Part shown: piece by piece, positions 28,658 through 37,862 of the stretch
Layout of the letters: every line of letters begins with the position of its first letter
Numbering within the stretch: the first letter of the stretch is position 1
Assembly (NCBI GenBank): GCA_964470105.1
Contig: CAYXZI010000002.1
Coordinates: 8,644-72,643 of the forward strand
DNA from: an uncultured Candidatus Saccharibacteria bacterium
GTDB lineage: Bacteria; Patescibacteriota; Minisyncoccia; Phycocordibacterales; PALSA-1337
Reading direction: 5' to 3'
Length of the DNA: 64,000 nt
The notes under the pieces: model-generated
Seen by the model: only the letters and a program-made list of their open reading frames with translations
Databases searched by the model: none
What the model was told of the DNA's origin: nothing
Program-made: the position numbers and the translations under genes

Positions 28658-29182
28658 ATGATAAAAGTCTTCATTATTGCAGCAATGTCAGCAGATGGGT
28701 TTATTGCAAAGGACAGCCAGCATAGTCCTATGTATTGGAGTAGCAAGGTGGATAAAAAAAGATTTGTTGAACTTACAAAAAGAGCTGGCGTTGTAGTTAT
28801 GGGTTCTTCTACCTACAAGACCATAGGTCAACCACTTAAGGAACGGGTAAATATCGTATATTCAAAGAATCAAACTTTTGAAGGTGTTCAAATGACACAG
28901 GATAGCCCTATTGAATTGATTCAGAAACTAGAGGAAAAAGGTCACAAAGAAGTAGCTATTTGTGGCGGTACCCACATATACACAATGTTTATGAAGTCAG
29001 GACTTGTAGATACCCTCTATCTAACAATTGAACCTGTATTCTTTGGCAAAGGTATGAATCTTTTTAATGAAGACTTACACTATTCTCTCAAGCTCATATC
29101 TTCACAGACCTCAGAGGCTACAGGTACTTTATTACTTGAATACAAAGTGGACTATACTGGTACTCCGAAATTGAAGGATTAG
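28658..29182 (+). CDS. folA: Dihydrofolate reductase
   Basis: Likely start MIKVFIIAAMSADGFIA; DKKRF, VVMGSSTY, PLKERVNIV, ICGGTHIY. Confidence 0.85.
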   Translation: MIKVFIIAAMSADGFIAKDSQHSPMYWSSKVDKKRFVELTKRAGVVVMGSSTYKTIGQPLKERVNIVYSKNQTFEGVQMTQDSPIELIQKLEEKGHKEVAICGGTHIYTMFMKSGLVDTLYLTIEPVFFGKGMNLFNEDLHYSLKLISSQTSEATGTLLLEYKVDYTGTPKLKD

Positions 29183-29213
29183 AAAAAGCGAGGACATATT
29201 CCCCGCTTTTTCT
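29181..29213. terminator. Bidirectional terminator between folA and rplK
   Basis: AGAAAAAGCG-loop-CGCTTTTTCT. Confidence 0.7.
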
Positions 29214-29224
29214 ATACCCTTTCT

Positions 29225-29647
29225 TTACTTTACATCCACACCCATTGATCTACATGAACCTTCTATGATCTTCATAGCGGCTTCTATAGTACTAGCATTT
29301 AGATCTGGCATCTTTCTCTCAGCAATTGCTCTTACTTGAGCCTTTGTGATTGTACCAGCTCTCTTTACCGCATGCTTGCCTGAACCCTTCTCAACACCGA
29401 TAGCCTTTAGGATTAGAGAACTTGCAGGTGGAGTCTTTAGGACAAAATCATAAGTACGATCATCATATACAGTGATAACTACTGGAATCATATCTCCCAT
29501 CATTCCCTTTGTAGCATCATTAAACTTCTTAGTGAAATCACCAATATTAACTCCTGCCTGACCTAGAGTAGGACCAAGTGGTGGAGCTGGTGTAGCTTTC
29601 CCTGCTGGAGCGATAACTTTTACCTTTTTAACTATTTTTTTAGCCAT
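29225..29647 (-). CDS. rplK: 50S ribosomal protein L11
   Basis: [29 protein letters not shown]. Confidence 0.98.
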   Translation of the reverse strand: MAKKIVKKVKVIAPAGKATPAPPLGPTLGQAGVNIGDFTKKFNDATKGMMGDMIPVVITVYDDRTYDFVLKTPPASSLILKAIGVEKGSGKHAVKRAGTITKAQVRAIAERKMPDLNASTIEAAMKIIEGSCRSMGVDVK

Positions 29648-29701
29648 ATTTTATTGAATTAATTGATTTCCTCTAGAAGCATGAGGTATAGAGATACTAT
29701 A

Positions 29702-30247
29702 TTAAATCTTGCTAACTTGCAAGAAATCTAGCTCTACTGGTGTTTCTCGACCAAACATTGAAACAAGAACCTTTACCTTACCTCTTGTATCATCAACCTC
29801 ACTAACCTTACCCTCTAGATCCTTAAATGGGCCATCAACAATCTTTACATTCTCATCTTTTACTAGATCAATTGTGTGTTTTACCTCTTCCTTATTCATT
29901 CTTCCAAAGAGCGTATCAACTTCCTTCTTATCAAGTGGAACTGGGAATACTCCTGATCCTACAAAGCCCGTTACTCTTGGTGTATTACGGACCACATACC
30001 ATGAATCATCAGTCACGATCATATCTACTAGAACATATCCAGGATATATTTTCTCCTCTTCCTCTACTCTCTTTCCACCCTTTATCTTTATTTTCTTTTC
30101 AGTTGGCACAATAACATTAAATATACGGTCTTCCATTCCCAAAGATTCGATTCTTTGCTTCAAATTACGAGCAACTGCATTCTCGTATCCTGCATATGTA
30201 TGTATTGCATACCAACTTCTTTCACCTCCAATTTGTTGTTTTGACAT
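29702..30247 (-). CDS. nusG: Transcription termination/antitermination factor NusG
   Basis: [33 protein letters not shown] motif, FGRETPVEL. Confidence 0.98.
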   Translation of the reverse strand: MSKQQIGGERSWYAIHTYAGYENAVARNLKQRIESLGMEDRIFNVIVPTEKKIKIKGGKRVEEEEKIYPGYVLVDMIVTDDSWYVVRNTPRVTGFVGSGVFPVPLDKKEVDTLFGRMNKEEVKHTIDLVKDENVKIVDGPFKDLEGKVSEVDDTRGKVKVLVSMFGRETPVELDFLQVSKI

Positions 30248-30257
30248 ATCTTTTGTA

Positions 30258-30434
30258 TTAAACGAATAGAGTTAGTAATCGAGCGAATATATAGTCAAAC
30301 AGGCCCAAAAGAAAAGCTATGAATACTGATACCGCCACCACAGCTGACGCATAGAGAAGTGCCTGTTGTCTACTTGGCCATGTTACATGTTCCATTTCAC
30401 CACGTGTATCCTTTATATATTCAGTTATTTTCAT
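30258..30434 (-). CDS. secE: Preprotein translocase subunit SecE
   Basis: Not in the ORF track. Read by hand: [58 protein letters not shown]; directly upstream of nusG. Confidence 0.93.
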   Translation of the reverse strand: MKITEYIKDTRGEMEHVTWPSRQQALLYASAVVAVSVFIAFLLGLFDYIFARLLTLFV

Positions 30435-30464
30435 AGTCTTTCTATTAATTCTTGTATTAAAAAA

Positions 30465-30505
30465 CCCCGAGGGGGTAGTAACTAAATACTACCCCCTCTT
30501 GGGCT
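30465..30505 (-). terminator. GC-rich hairpin after the SIMPL gene (terminator, or secE leader element)
   Basis: GAGGGGGTAGTA-loop-TACTACCCCCTC followed by a T-run on the - strand. Confidence 0.65.
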
Positions 30506-30525
30506 TTATGTCAATGAATTGTAAT

Positions 30526-31314
30526 TTATCGTATTTCGTATGTGATTGATACACTTGCCATAACCTTTTGTTCTCCTGTAGGAATCTGAGGTGCTACAGC
30601 TTTTACTGACATCATGTCTGAGCTTACCATAGCTTCTCTTGCGTATGGAGCATATATCTGTTCATCACTTGAGTCATAGAAACTAGTTACCCTTACTAGC
30701 TTAACTCCCAAATCTTTAGCAATCTTCTCTGCTTTTGTCTGAGCTTTAGCAATTGCATCTGCTCTAGCTATAGCTTTTACTGAATCAATATTATCAATAG
30801 CGAATGAAAGTCCATTTACTGTCTGAACTCCTGCTTTTCCTATAGCATCAAACAGTTCCCCTGCTTTTGATAGGTCTCTGATTTTAACTTCGATAGTCTG
30901 ACTTACATCATATCCAGTTAAAACATTTCTTCCTTGTGGACAAGGTACTGTTACACAATATATCTGATTATATTCGTAATGAGGATTAATATTGTATGAA
31001 AGAGTCTTTATATCCTTCTCTGAAACACCTCCAGACTTAACAGCAGCAAGAGCTTTGTTTATCTTTTCTGTAGCCATGTCTTGTGCCTCCTTAACTGTCT
31101 TTGCAGTCTCATTTACACTAAATGAGAAGGTAGCGATATCAGGAATTGATATTGCCTCCCCTTTCCCTGTTACAGTTATATTAGTCATAGCTGGAAACTG
31201 CTTCCCAACATATGATATTGATTTAAATTCTTTAATTGAAACAACAGCAAGAAAGATTGCTAGAATAACTCCAACCCATTTTGCTATTTTCCAAACTTGT
31301 TCTTGATTACTCAT
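30526..31314 (-). CDS. SIMPL/DUF541 (YggE-like) protein
   Basis: ITVTGKGEAISIPDIATFSFSV, DIKT, ARADAIAKAQTKAEKIAKDLGV, GEQKVMASVSITY. Confidence 0.88.
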   Translation of the reverse strand: MSNQEQVWKIAKWVGVILAIFLAVVSIKEFKSISYVGKQFPAMTNITVTGKGEAISIPDIATFSFSVNETAKTVKEAQDMATEKINKALAAVKSGGVSEKDIKTLSYNINPHYEYNQIYCVTVPCPQGRNVLTGYDVSQTIEVKIRDLSKAGELFDAIGKAGVQTVNGLSFAIDNIDSVKAIARADAIAKAQTKAEKIAKDLGVKLVRVTSFYDSSDEQIYAPYAREAMVSSDMMSVKAVAPQIPTGEQKVMASVSITYEIR

Positions 31315-31325
31315 TTTTTAATTAA

Positions 31326-32138
31326 TTAGTTATTAATATTTTGATTATAGCACGAATCAACAAGGTTCTCGAAAAGTGCTAGTACTGTCATCTGACCAAC
31401 ACCTCCTGGAACCGGGGTGATCATTTTAACAATATCTTTAACTTTTTCAAAGTTAACATCACCGACTAGTCTATCATCCCATCTTGTAATACCCACATCT
31501 ATCACAATCTGATCTTTTGATACATAGCTTTCATCTACATGATTAGGTTTCCCTATGGCCACAATCAGTATTTCTGAATCTTTGGCTTTTTCAGGAATAT
31601 TTTCACTCTCACTATGACATACTGTAACTATTGCTCCGTTATTGCGACACATATTAGCAATCGGTGTACCAACTAGTTTTGAACGCCCCATTACTGTTAC
31701 CTTTTTATCTTTTAATGGAATATTGTAGTAGTTTAGTAGCTCTAGTATTCCTCTAGCTGTACCAGGAGTGAACTTTGTATTTTTAGTTAGACCATCTACA
31801 TCCTTTTGAGGATCTATAGAATCAATGATAGCATCTGAATCTAGGTGCTTGGGAAGTGGTAATTGGACAATTATTCCATTTACATCACTATCAGAGTTAT
31901 ACTTTTTTATTATTCCTATCACCTCATCCTGATTAACACTCTCATCAAGATGAATATGTATTTCTTTTGATCCTATCTTTCCCGCAAAAGACTTTTTAGC
32001 TTTTATGAATGCTGTAGAATCTTCCCTATTACCTACCTGAATTATCAGCAAGCAGGGTGATTTAGATAGCTTTTTAATTCTCTCTTGAATGAGAGGTAGA
32101 TAATGCTCACGTGCCTTTCTTCCATCGATTAATATCAT
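31326..32138 (-). CDS. folD: Methylenetetrahydrofolate dehydrogenase/cyclohydrolase
   Basis: IDGR, GIIVQLPLP, KDVDG, GRSKLVG.P, TPVPGGVG. Confidence 0.95.
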   Translation of the reverse strand: MILIDGRKAREHYLPLIQERIKKLSKSPCLLIIQVGNREDSTAFIKAKKSFAGKIGSKEIHIHLDESVNQDEVIGIIKKYNSDSDVNGIIVQLPLPKHLDSDAIIDSIDPQKDVDGLTKNTKFTPGTARGILELLNYYNIPLKDKKVTVMGRSKLVGTPIANMCRNNGAIVTVCHSESENIPEKAKDSEILIVAIGKPNHVDESYVSKDQIVIDVGITRWDDRLVGDVNFEKVKDIVKMITPVPGGVGQMTVLALFENLVDSCYNQNINN

Positions 32139-32147
32139 AGTTTTACA

Positions 32148-32813
32148 TTACCATGATTTTTGAGGAATCTCTAGGGTTACGGTTTTTCTCTCCTCTGTAG
32201 TAGCTGTAGTGAATGACAGGGAGGTTTCAGTTAGTGCTATCTTCTGATCCGGTAATCTAACTGTTGATCCATATTTACTATCCCCCACTATCGGATGTCC
32301 TATATGAGAAAGTTGTGCACGGATTTGATGATGTCTACCTGTTTTTAATTTAACTTTTAAAAGTGAGAAATTTTCTTCAGTTTTAATTAATTCAAATGAA
32401 AGTTCGGCCCTATCTGCATCTCTTTTTTCATTATCAAATACTTCTGCATAGTTTTGATTCTCATCATGCTTTAAATAGTTAACTAGGGTCTTATTCTTCT
32501 CTTTAACAATTCCCGTAACCCATGCATGATATATTTTTTCTACTGTATGTTCACGGAATTGTTCTGATACCCTACTTGCCCCTTTAGAAGTTTTAGCAAA
32601 AATCACTATACCGTCTACATTTCTATCTAGTCTGTGTATTAATCCAAGAAATACATTACCTGGTTTACTATACTTATTCTTCAAATATGACTTCACCTCC
32701 TCCATCATAGAGATATCTCCCGACTTATCACCTTGTACTAGAGTACCTGCTGGTTTATATACAGCAATGAGATGGTTGTCTTCGTAGAGGACTTTAGGAT
32801 CCATATGTAACAA
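32148..32813 (-). CDS. RluA-family pseudouridine synthase
   Basis: YKPAG, HRLDR, TGRHHQIR, GHPIVGDSKYG. Confidence 0.92.
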   Translation of the reverse strand: MLHMDPKVLYEDNHLIAVYKPAGTLVQGDKSGDISMMEEVKSYLKNKYSKPGNVFLGLIHRLDRNVDGIVIFAKTSKGASRVSEQFREHTVEKIYHAWVTGIVKEKNKTLVNYLKHDENQNYAEVFDNEKRDADRAELSFELIKTEENFSLLKVKLKTGRHHQIRAQLSHIGHPIVGDSKYGSTVRLPDQKIALTETSLSFTTATTEERKTVTLEIPQKSW

Positions 32814-32922
32814 GATATCATATTAAAAAGTCAATGTATATCTTGTAGAAAAAGACAAATTTATAGCACATTTTAAAGAAAAATTTTATTTAGATTTCAT
32901 TTCCGTTTGCTAGAATTTAGGT

Positions 32923-33315
32923 ATGAATAAAAGATACCTTCAATGGCACAGTATTAAAGAAAGGATAGAAAACCTTAATTCATCTTATATTTATTTTAAG
33001 GAAAGAGATATTTGGTGGTGTCACCTGGGTGCTAATGTTGGCATGGAACAAGATGGGAAAAGTGAGTTCTTTATCCGTCCAGTCTTAATCTTTAAAAAAC
33101 TTAGTAGAAATACTTGCCTAATTATCCCTCTCTCTACACAAGTCAAGAGTGGTAGTCACTACTTTTTCCTTCTCTCTGAGTCTAATGTTATTCGTACTGC
33201 CACATTAGCTCAGATTAGAATGATCGATATTAAACGACTTAGAGATAGAATCGACTTAATTTCTAAATTAGAATTTGGTTTTATAAAAGAAAAAGTCATC
33301 GATTTGATTCGATAA
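32923..33315 (+). CDS. PemK/MazF-like endoribonuclease toxin (orphan)
   Basis: ERDIWWCHLGANVGMEQDGK...RPVLI, IIPLST, QIRMIDIKRL. Confidence 0.82.
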   Translation: MNKRYLQWHSIKERIENLNSSYIYFKERDIWWCHLGANVGMEQDGKSEFFIRPVLIFKKLSRNTCLIIPLSTQVKSGSHYFFLLSESNVIRTATLAQIRMIDIKRLRDRIDLISKLEFGFIKEKVIDLIR

Positions 33316-33377
33316 CTTTTTCTAAATCGGGGATGGTTTTATCCATCCACAAATCCTTAAAGGATCAATACTTCATA

Positions 33378-33405
33378 TATTATCAGAAAAAGAATGAGTG
33401 TCAAT
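33378..33405 (-). promoter_or_regulatory. Convergent promoter pointing into the 3' end of the MazF-like gene
   Basis: TTGACA-N16-TAATAT on the - strand, downstream of the ABC gene terminator. Confidence 0.5.
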
Positions 33406-33452
33406 CATTACTAATATATTCATAAATTATGCCGTGAAAAAATATGCAGTAA

Positions 33453-33476
33453 AAAAGCGAGCTTGTGGCTCGCTTT
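33453..33476 (-). terminator. Terminator of the ABC transporter gene
   Basis: AAAGCGAGC-loop-GCTCGCTTT. Confidence 0.75.
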
Positions 33477-33495
33477 GTTAGCAGACAATGTCTGC

Positions 33496-35265
33496 TTACT
33501 TGATCTCTGAACCGATCAAGGTTTTGAAGAACTCATTGGTTGCTGAGAGTTCATCGTATGTCCCCTCACCGACAACTTGTCCCTTATCGAGGACAATGAT
33601 CCGATTCGCTTTTTTCACCGTACCTAAACGGTGTGCGATGATGATACCAGTACGTCCACGGAGAGCATTCTCCATTGCGACGTACACCTCTGCCTCAGTC
33701 TTGTAGTCCAAGGCGCTTGTTGCTTCATCGAAGACAATGACACTTGGATCGCCGGCCAGAACTCTAGCTATAGCGATCCTTTGGCATTGACCTCCAGAGA
33801 GCTGCGCTCCGTTTTCACCAATCAAGGTACCGAGACCATCTTTTCCGAGTCTCGCCAAGAACTCTTCTATTCTAGAGTATCTTACCACTGCATCCAGATC
33901 TCCTGGAGCAAGGTCTCGGTCTGAGCCGAATAGGATGTTCTCGCGAACACTAGCGTCCCATAGCATCGTCTGCTGAGAGACAGTCCCTATCCTCCTTCGC
34001 CAAGAATTAATAGCTATCGTTTCGATAGGTAAATCATCGACACGAATAGTACCACTCTGTGGAGCATTTGCTCGCAGTATGAGTGAGACGATCGTACTTT
34101 TTCCACTACCAGACGGGCCAACAAATGCCACGGTCTCTCCAGGTTTTATGTGGAATGATACGTTATTTAGCGCATGTGGCTTGCCGGCCTCATACGCAAA
34201 TGATACATGATCAAAAACGATATCCCCTCTGGGGTTTTCGAGTTGGATCGCATCATCGTGATCAGCACACTCAGGTTCCTGTTCAATGAAGTCTCTTAGA
34301 CGCACGACATTGATACTAGACCTCATGATCTGACGCTGAATCGTACCTATGTTACTCAGGCACATATATACACCTCCGATGAGAGAGATGATAATTGCAA
34401 TGTCACCGGTGCTGATACTTCCACCCTTAACCAGGGTGAAGATCAGCAGAAGGATTGGTGCGTAGAGAAAATACTGAAATGGCATGTTTCTTAACAAACC
34501 AACAGCGATGTTGTATGCGCACCAAACTTTCTTCCCCTCACGAAAAGCCGTGTCTTGCCTTTGCAAGAAACTTCTAAGTGTCTTTTCATGTGCGGCCATG
34601 CTGATGACAAGTTTGAGATTCTTCACGATTTCCCAGAACTTTGTCTCAGTATCCGACTCTAACTTCCTAGCTTCTTTAACTCTGTCGACGTAGTAGTTGT
34701 TTGTGACAATACTCGCAACGGCGAAACAGATGGAAGCAGAAAGAATGCAAATCGCCACGATCCAATTGACATAGAACAAGAGACTAATCGAAATCAGTAT
34801 CCTTATGACAGTTGGAATGACATGCTCGAAGATTAGACTCATGAGATCAGTGACCGCTGATGAACCCTTCTGCAGAGTATCCATCTTTAGTCCTGTATTT
34901 TCACGAGTGATCTGACCCGGCGAAAGCTTAAATAGCTTGCCGAATGAATAGAGTCTTAAGTGCCCTTCCACATCAAAAGCTATATTGTTAATATGGAAGA
35001 CTGACTCTATAATGTGTCCGAGACAGATTAACACTGATATCACCGCAATCAGTACAGTAATGCCGCCAAGCGACATGAAGTCACTTGAACCGACTATGAT
35101 ATCAACCCCTCTTCCAACCAAGAACGACTGGCTGATCGACATCATCTGTATTGCGAGAATCATTAGGGTGTACAGGTAGTACCTCCGATGAAGTACGACT
35201 GTAATCTTCCAAACGTACGAGATAGCATCTAGTGCTATCTCCATACGGTTTTTCTTTTCTTTCAC
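33496..35265 (-). CDS. ABC exporter (fused TMD-NBD, MsbA/Sav1866-like)
   Basis: 6-TM N-half, GPSGSGKST, LSGGQCQR, DEATSALD, IAHRL; GTG start preceded by AAGGAGGT. Confidence 0.93.
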   Translation of the reverse strand: MKEKKNRMEIALDAISYVWKITVVLHRRYYLYTLMILAIQMMSISQSFLVGRGVDIIVGSSDFMSLGGITVLIAVISVLICLGHIIESVFHINNIAFDVEGHLRLYSFGKLFKLSPGQITRENTGLKMDTLQKGSSAVTDLMSLIFEHVIPTVIRILISISLLFYVNWIVAICILSASICFAVASIVTNNYYVDRVKEARKLESDTETKFWEIVKNLKLVISMAAHEKTLRSFLQRQDTAFREGKKVWCAYNIAVGLLRNMPFQYFLYAPILLLIFTLVKGGSISTGDIAIIISLIGGVYMCLSNIGTIQRQIMRSSINVVRLRDFIEQEPECADHDDAIQLENPRGDIVFDHVSFAYEAGKPHALNNVSFHIKPGETVAFVGPSGSGKSTIVSLILRANAPQSGTIRVDDLPIETIAINSWRRRIGTVSQQTMLWDASVRENILFGSDRDLAPGDLDAVVRYSRIEEFLARLGKDGLGTLIGENGAQLSGGQCQRIAIARVLAGDPSVIVFDEATSALDYKTEAEVYVAMENALRGRTGIIIAHRLGTVKKANRIIVLDKGQVVGEGTYDELSATNEFFKTLIGSEIK

Positions 35266-35336
35266 ATAACCTCCTTGCTAATTGTTGTCAAAGCAGTTAT
35301 CTTTATAACACAAAATGTAATAAAAAGCAAGGCCTT

Positions 35337-36179
35337 CTACCTACTCCATCTAGCAAAAATACCACAAGGAAGAAGTCTGTTTGTTCGAGATTCAGGTAAT
35401 GTTAATTCCCCTATTTCTATACTCCCACCAAATTTATCAACCAAAACACTCAAAACATTTCTATATGCTATAGCTGAATATCCTGCTGAATATCCATTTA
35501 TTAGAAAGAATAGTGGCTTATCTTTCAATAGCTTTATGCAATCCTCAACTAAAGTTAAGAAATTTTCCTCAATCTTCCACACTTCCTTATTAGCCCCATG
35601 ACCGAACGCTGGTGGATCCATTATTATTCCATCATACATATTTCCTCTCTTTATCTCTCTTCCAACAAAAACACGTGCATCTTCTAGAATCCATCGTATT
35701 GGTTTATCAGCTAGACCAGAGAGTTCTGCATTTTCTCTTGCCCAAGTTATAGCAGACTTTGACCCATCTACATGAACAACCTTTGCACCAGCTTGTGCGC
35801 AAGCCAGAGATGCACCGCCAGTATATCCGAAGAGATTAAGAACATCCGCACCAACATTATCTTTTAGTATATTCCTCATCCAATTCCAATTCACATATTG
35901 TTCTGGAAAAAGTCCTGTATGTTTAAAAGCTGTTGGCTTAATCCAAAGCTTTAGACCACCAAAATTAATTGACCACTTATCAAGTTTCTCCTTTTTATAT
36001 GTCCATTCTGCTGAAACCTCTGATCTAGAGAAACTTGCATCAGCAACCTTCCAATCCTTATCTTTTAAATTCTTTCTCCACAGTGCTTGCGGATCCGGGC
36101 GAGATAGAACAAAATTACCAAATCTTTCGAGTTTTTCACCTTCTCCAGAATCTAGAAGTTCATAGTCTTTTTCATTCAT
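35337..36179 (-). CDS. Class I SAM-dependent methyltransferase (RlmI/RlmK-like)
   Basis: YELLDSGEGEKLERFG, HTGLFPEQ, LNLFGYTGG, MDPPAFG. Confidence 0.85.
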   Translation of the reverse strand: MNEKDYELLDSGEGEKLERFGNFVLSRPDPQALWRKNLKDKDWKVADASFSRSEVSAEWTYKKEKLDKWSINFGGLKLWIKPTAFKHTGLFPEQYVNWNWMRNILKDNVGADVLNLFGYTGGASLACAQAGAKVVHVDGSKSAITWARENAELSGLADKPIRWILEDARVFVGREIKRGNMYDGIIMDPPAFGHGANKEVWKIEENFLTLVEDCIKLLKDKPLFFLINGYSAGYSAIAYRNVLSVLVDKFGGSIEIGELTLPESRTNRLLPCGIFARWSR

Positions 36180-36670
36180 AATACGTCTTGATTAGTCTTT
36201 ATACCTAAATACACTATATGGAAAGCAAAAATAGCTATAAATATTGTGATTACATCAGAGACCATACAATATATACATATTGCATGCAGTACAAAAAGCA
36301 TTATGAAGATAAAACCAAGAGCACCGAGTAGACCAAGTAGTGCTAATATAGAGACAATTTTTATGCAGATATCTTTCACAAAAGAACTCTTTGAATCGTA
36401 ATATGCAAATATTGATATTAGTAGGAAGAGATAGAATATTAAACCTAATAGAGCTACTGGTATACCGAGAATCTCAGAATAGCTACTTGAAAGCACCTGT
36501 TCACATCCAGAAATTGCACAAGGAGGTATGATACCTTGATAATGTTTTACAGTCAGATATGTTGCATCAGCAAAACCAACGAGTGATAGCACTAATATTA
36601 CTATAGGTATCCACTTAGGAAGCTGTTGTAGTTGCAGTGGCTTCGTCAATAAGAGTTTTAAATTGTTCAT
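36176..36670 (-). CDS. Vitamin K epoxide reductase (VKOR) family disulfide-formation protein
   Basis: CAISGCEQVLSSSY, GIPVALLG, CIYC; adjacent to DsbA. Confidence 0.9.
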   Translation of the reverse strand: MNNLKLLLTKPLQLQQLPKWIPIVILVLSLVGFADATYLTVKHYQGIIPPCAISGCEQVLSSSYSEILGIPVALLGLIFYLFLLISIFAYYDSKSSFVKDICIKIVSILALLGLLGALGFIFIMLFVLHAICIYCMVSDVITIFIAIFAFHIVYLGIKTNQDVL

Positions 36671-37268
36671 AACTTTGTGCATTAATTTTCTTACCATTTA
36701 AATAAAATGTTGGTGTACTATTAACCCCCGCCTTCAGTCCACTTTTTACATGTGACTCTATTTTTGCTTTTATCTCAGGTAGTTCATAGTCAGTAGCAAA
36801 TTTATCTACATCAAGACCCAACTTATTAGCATAATCAATAAAGACAGGTTTTGGTATGCTCTGATTCTCCCATGATTTCTGATTCTCAAAAATCATTGAG
36901 TACATCTCCCAGAATTTTCCTTGTATACCTGCCGCTTCTGCTGCTTGTGCTGCAGGTATAGCATTTAGGTGTTGTGATAGAGGGAAATGACGATATACAA
37001 ACTGATAGTGTGTATTATATTTAGTATACAACTCTTCAACTATCGGGAAATATAGTCCACATGCCGGACACTGAAAATCACTATACTCAACTATAGTAAC
37101 AGTCGACGATGCAGAACCCCTAACCCAATCTTCAGATGTAACTTTATCAACTGGTGCAACATTATTGTTAATCTTTTCTGCCTTATTAGCAGCCGCAATC
37201 ATACCCCAGATAATCAGACCAATAACGATAATAAATGAGCCCCAACTCAGTATTCTTTTTGTATTCAT
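36615..37268 (-). CDS. Membrane-anchored DsbA-family oxidoreductase
   Basis: EYSDFQCPAC, YRHFPL, GVNSTPTF. Confidence 0.92.
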   Translation of the reverse strand: MNTKRILSWGSFIIVIGLIIWGMIAAANKAEKINNNVAPVDKVTSEDWVRGSASSTVTIVEYSDFQCPACGLYFPIVEELYTKYNTHYQFVYRHFPLSQHLNAIPAAQAAEAAGIQGKFWEMYSMIFENQKSWENQSIPKPVFIDYANKLGLDVDKFATDYELPEIKAKIESHVKSGLKAGVNSTPTFYLNGKKINAQSYEQFKTLIDEATATTTAS

Positions 37269-37286
37269 GCGGGCATTATATCACTT

Positions 37287-37853
37287 TTATAATAAATGAG
37301 AAAATTGGATAAGGAGATATATTCCTAGCATATTCATAACCAGAGCAATAGGTATTAGAATAACAGTTTTAACCTTTGACATACCAAGAAGAGTTAGCCC
37401 GAACTCATCTGGCAGTGGTGATGCAATTATTAATGCGCCAATCACTGGTGACAGCCATCTCATAAAACCGAAATGTAGGGACTTTAAAAAATACCTGGCA
37501 GTTTTTGATCCAATAGCCTTTTTGAGATCTTCAGCGAAATGATCTTTTATAAAAAGGAAAAGTACTAGATCTCCAACCATAGCACCTAGACCTCCCCAAA
37601 GAACCACACTTGTCGATGGTGAATCTTGAGCAATATGTACTAGAGTTACAGACGCAGGCGCGATAGTAAACACAGAAGTAAAAAAGAGTCCTGCTATAAA
37701 GCTGGCTACCATATAGTAGTCCTTAAAAAAGAAAATTATTCTATCAATAAAACCTATTTTAGAAAGTATAAGCGCTATAACAATACCGATAGCTATCATA
37801 ACTACATCCCTAACTAGTGCATGAGCATTTTTCTTATCTTTTATTTTCTTCAT
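37287..37853 (-). CDS. Integral membrane protein
   Basis: Several TM helices; IIASPLPDE motif (DedA/SNARE-associated-like). Confidence 0.6.
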   Translation of the reverse strand: MKKIKDKKNAHALVRDVVMIAIGIVIALILSKIGFIDRIIFFFKDYYMVASFIAGLFFTSVFTIAPASVTLVHIAQDSPSTSVVLWGGLGAMVGDLVLFLFIKDHFAEDLKKAIGSKTARYFLKSLHFGFMRWLSPVIGALIIASPLPDEFGLTLLGMSKVKTVILIPIALVMNMLGIYLLIQFSHLL

Positions 37854-37862
37854 TTTCTTTAA

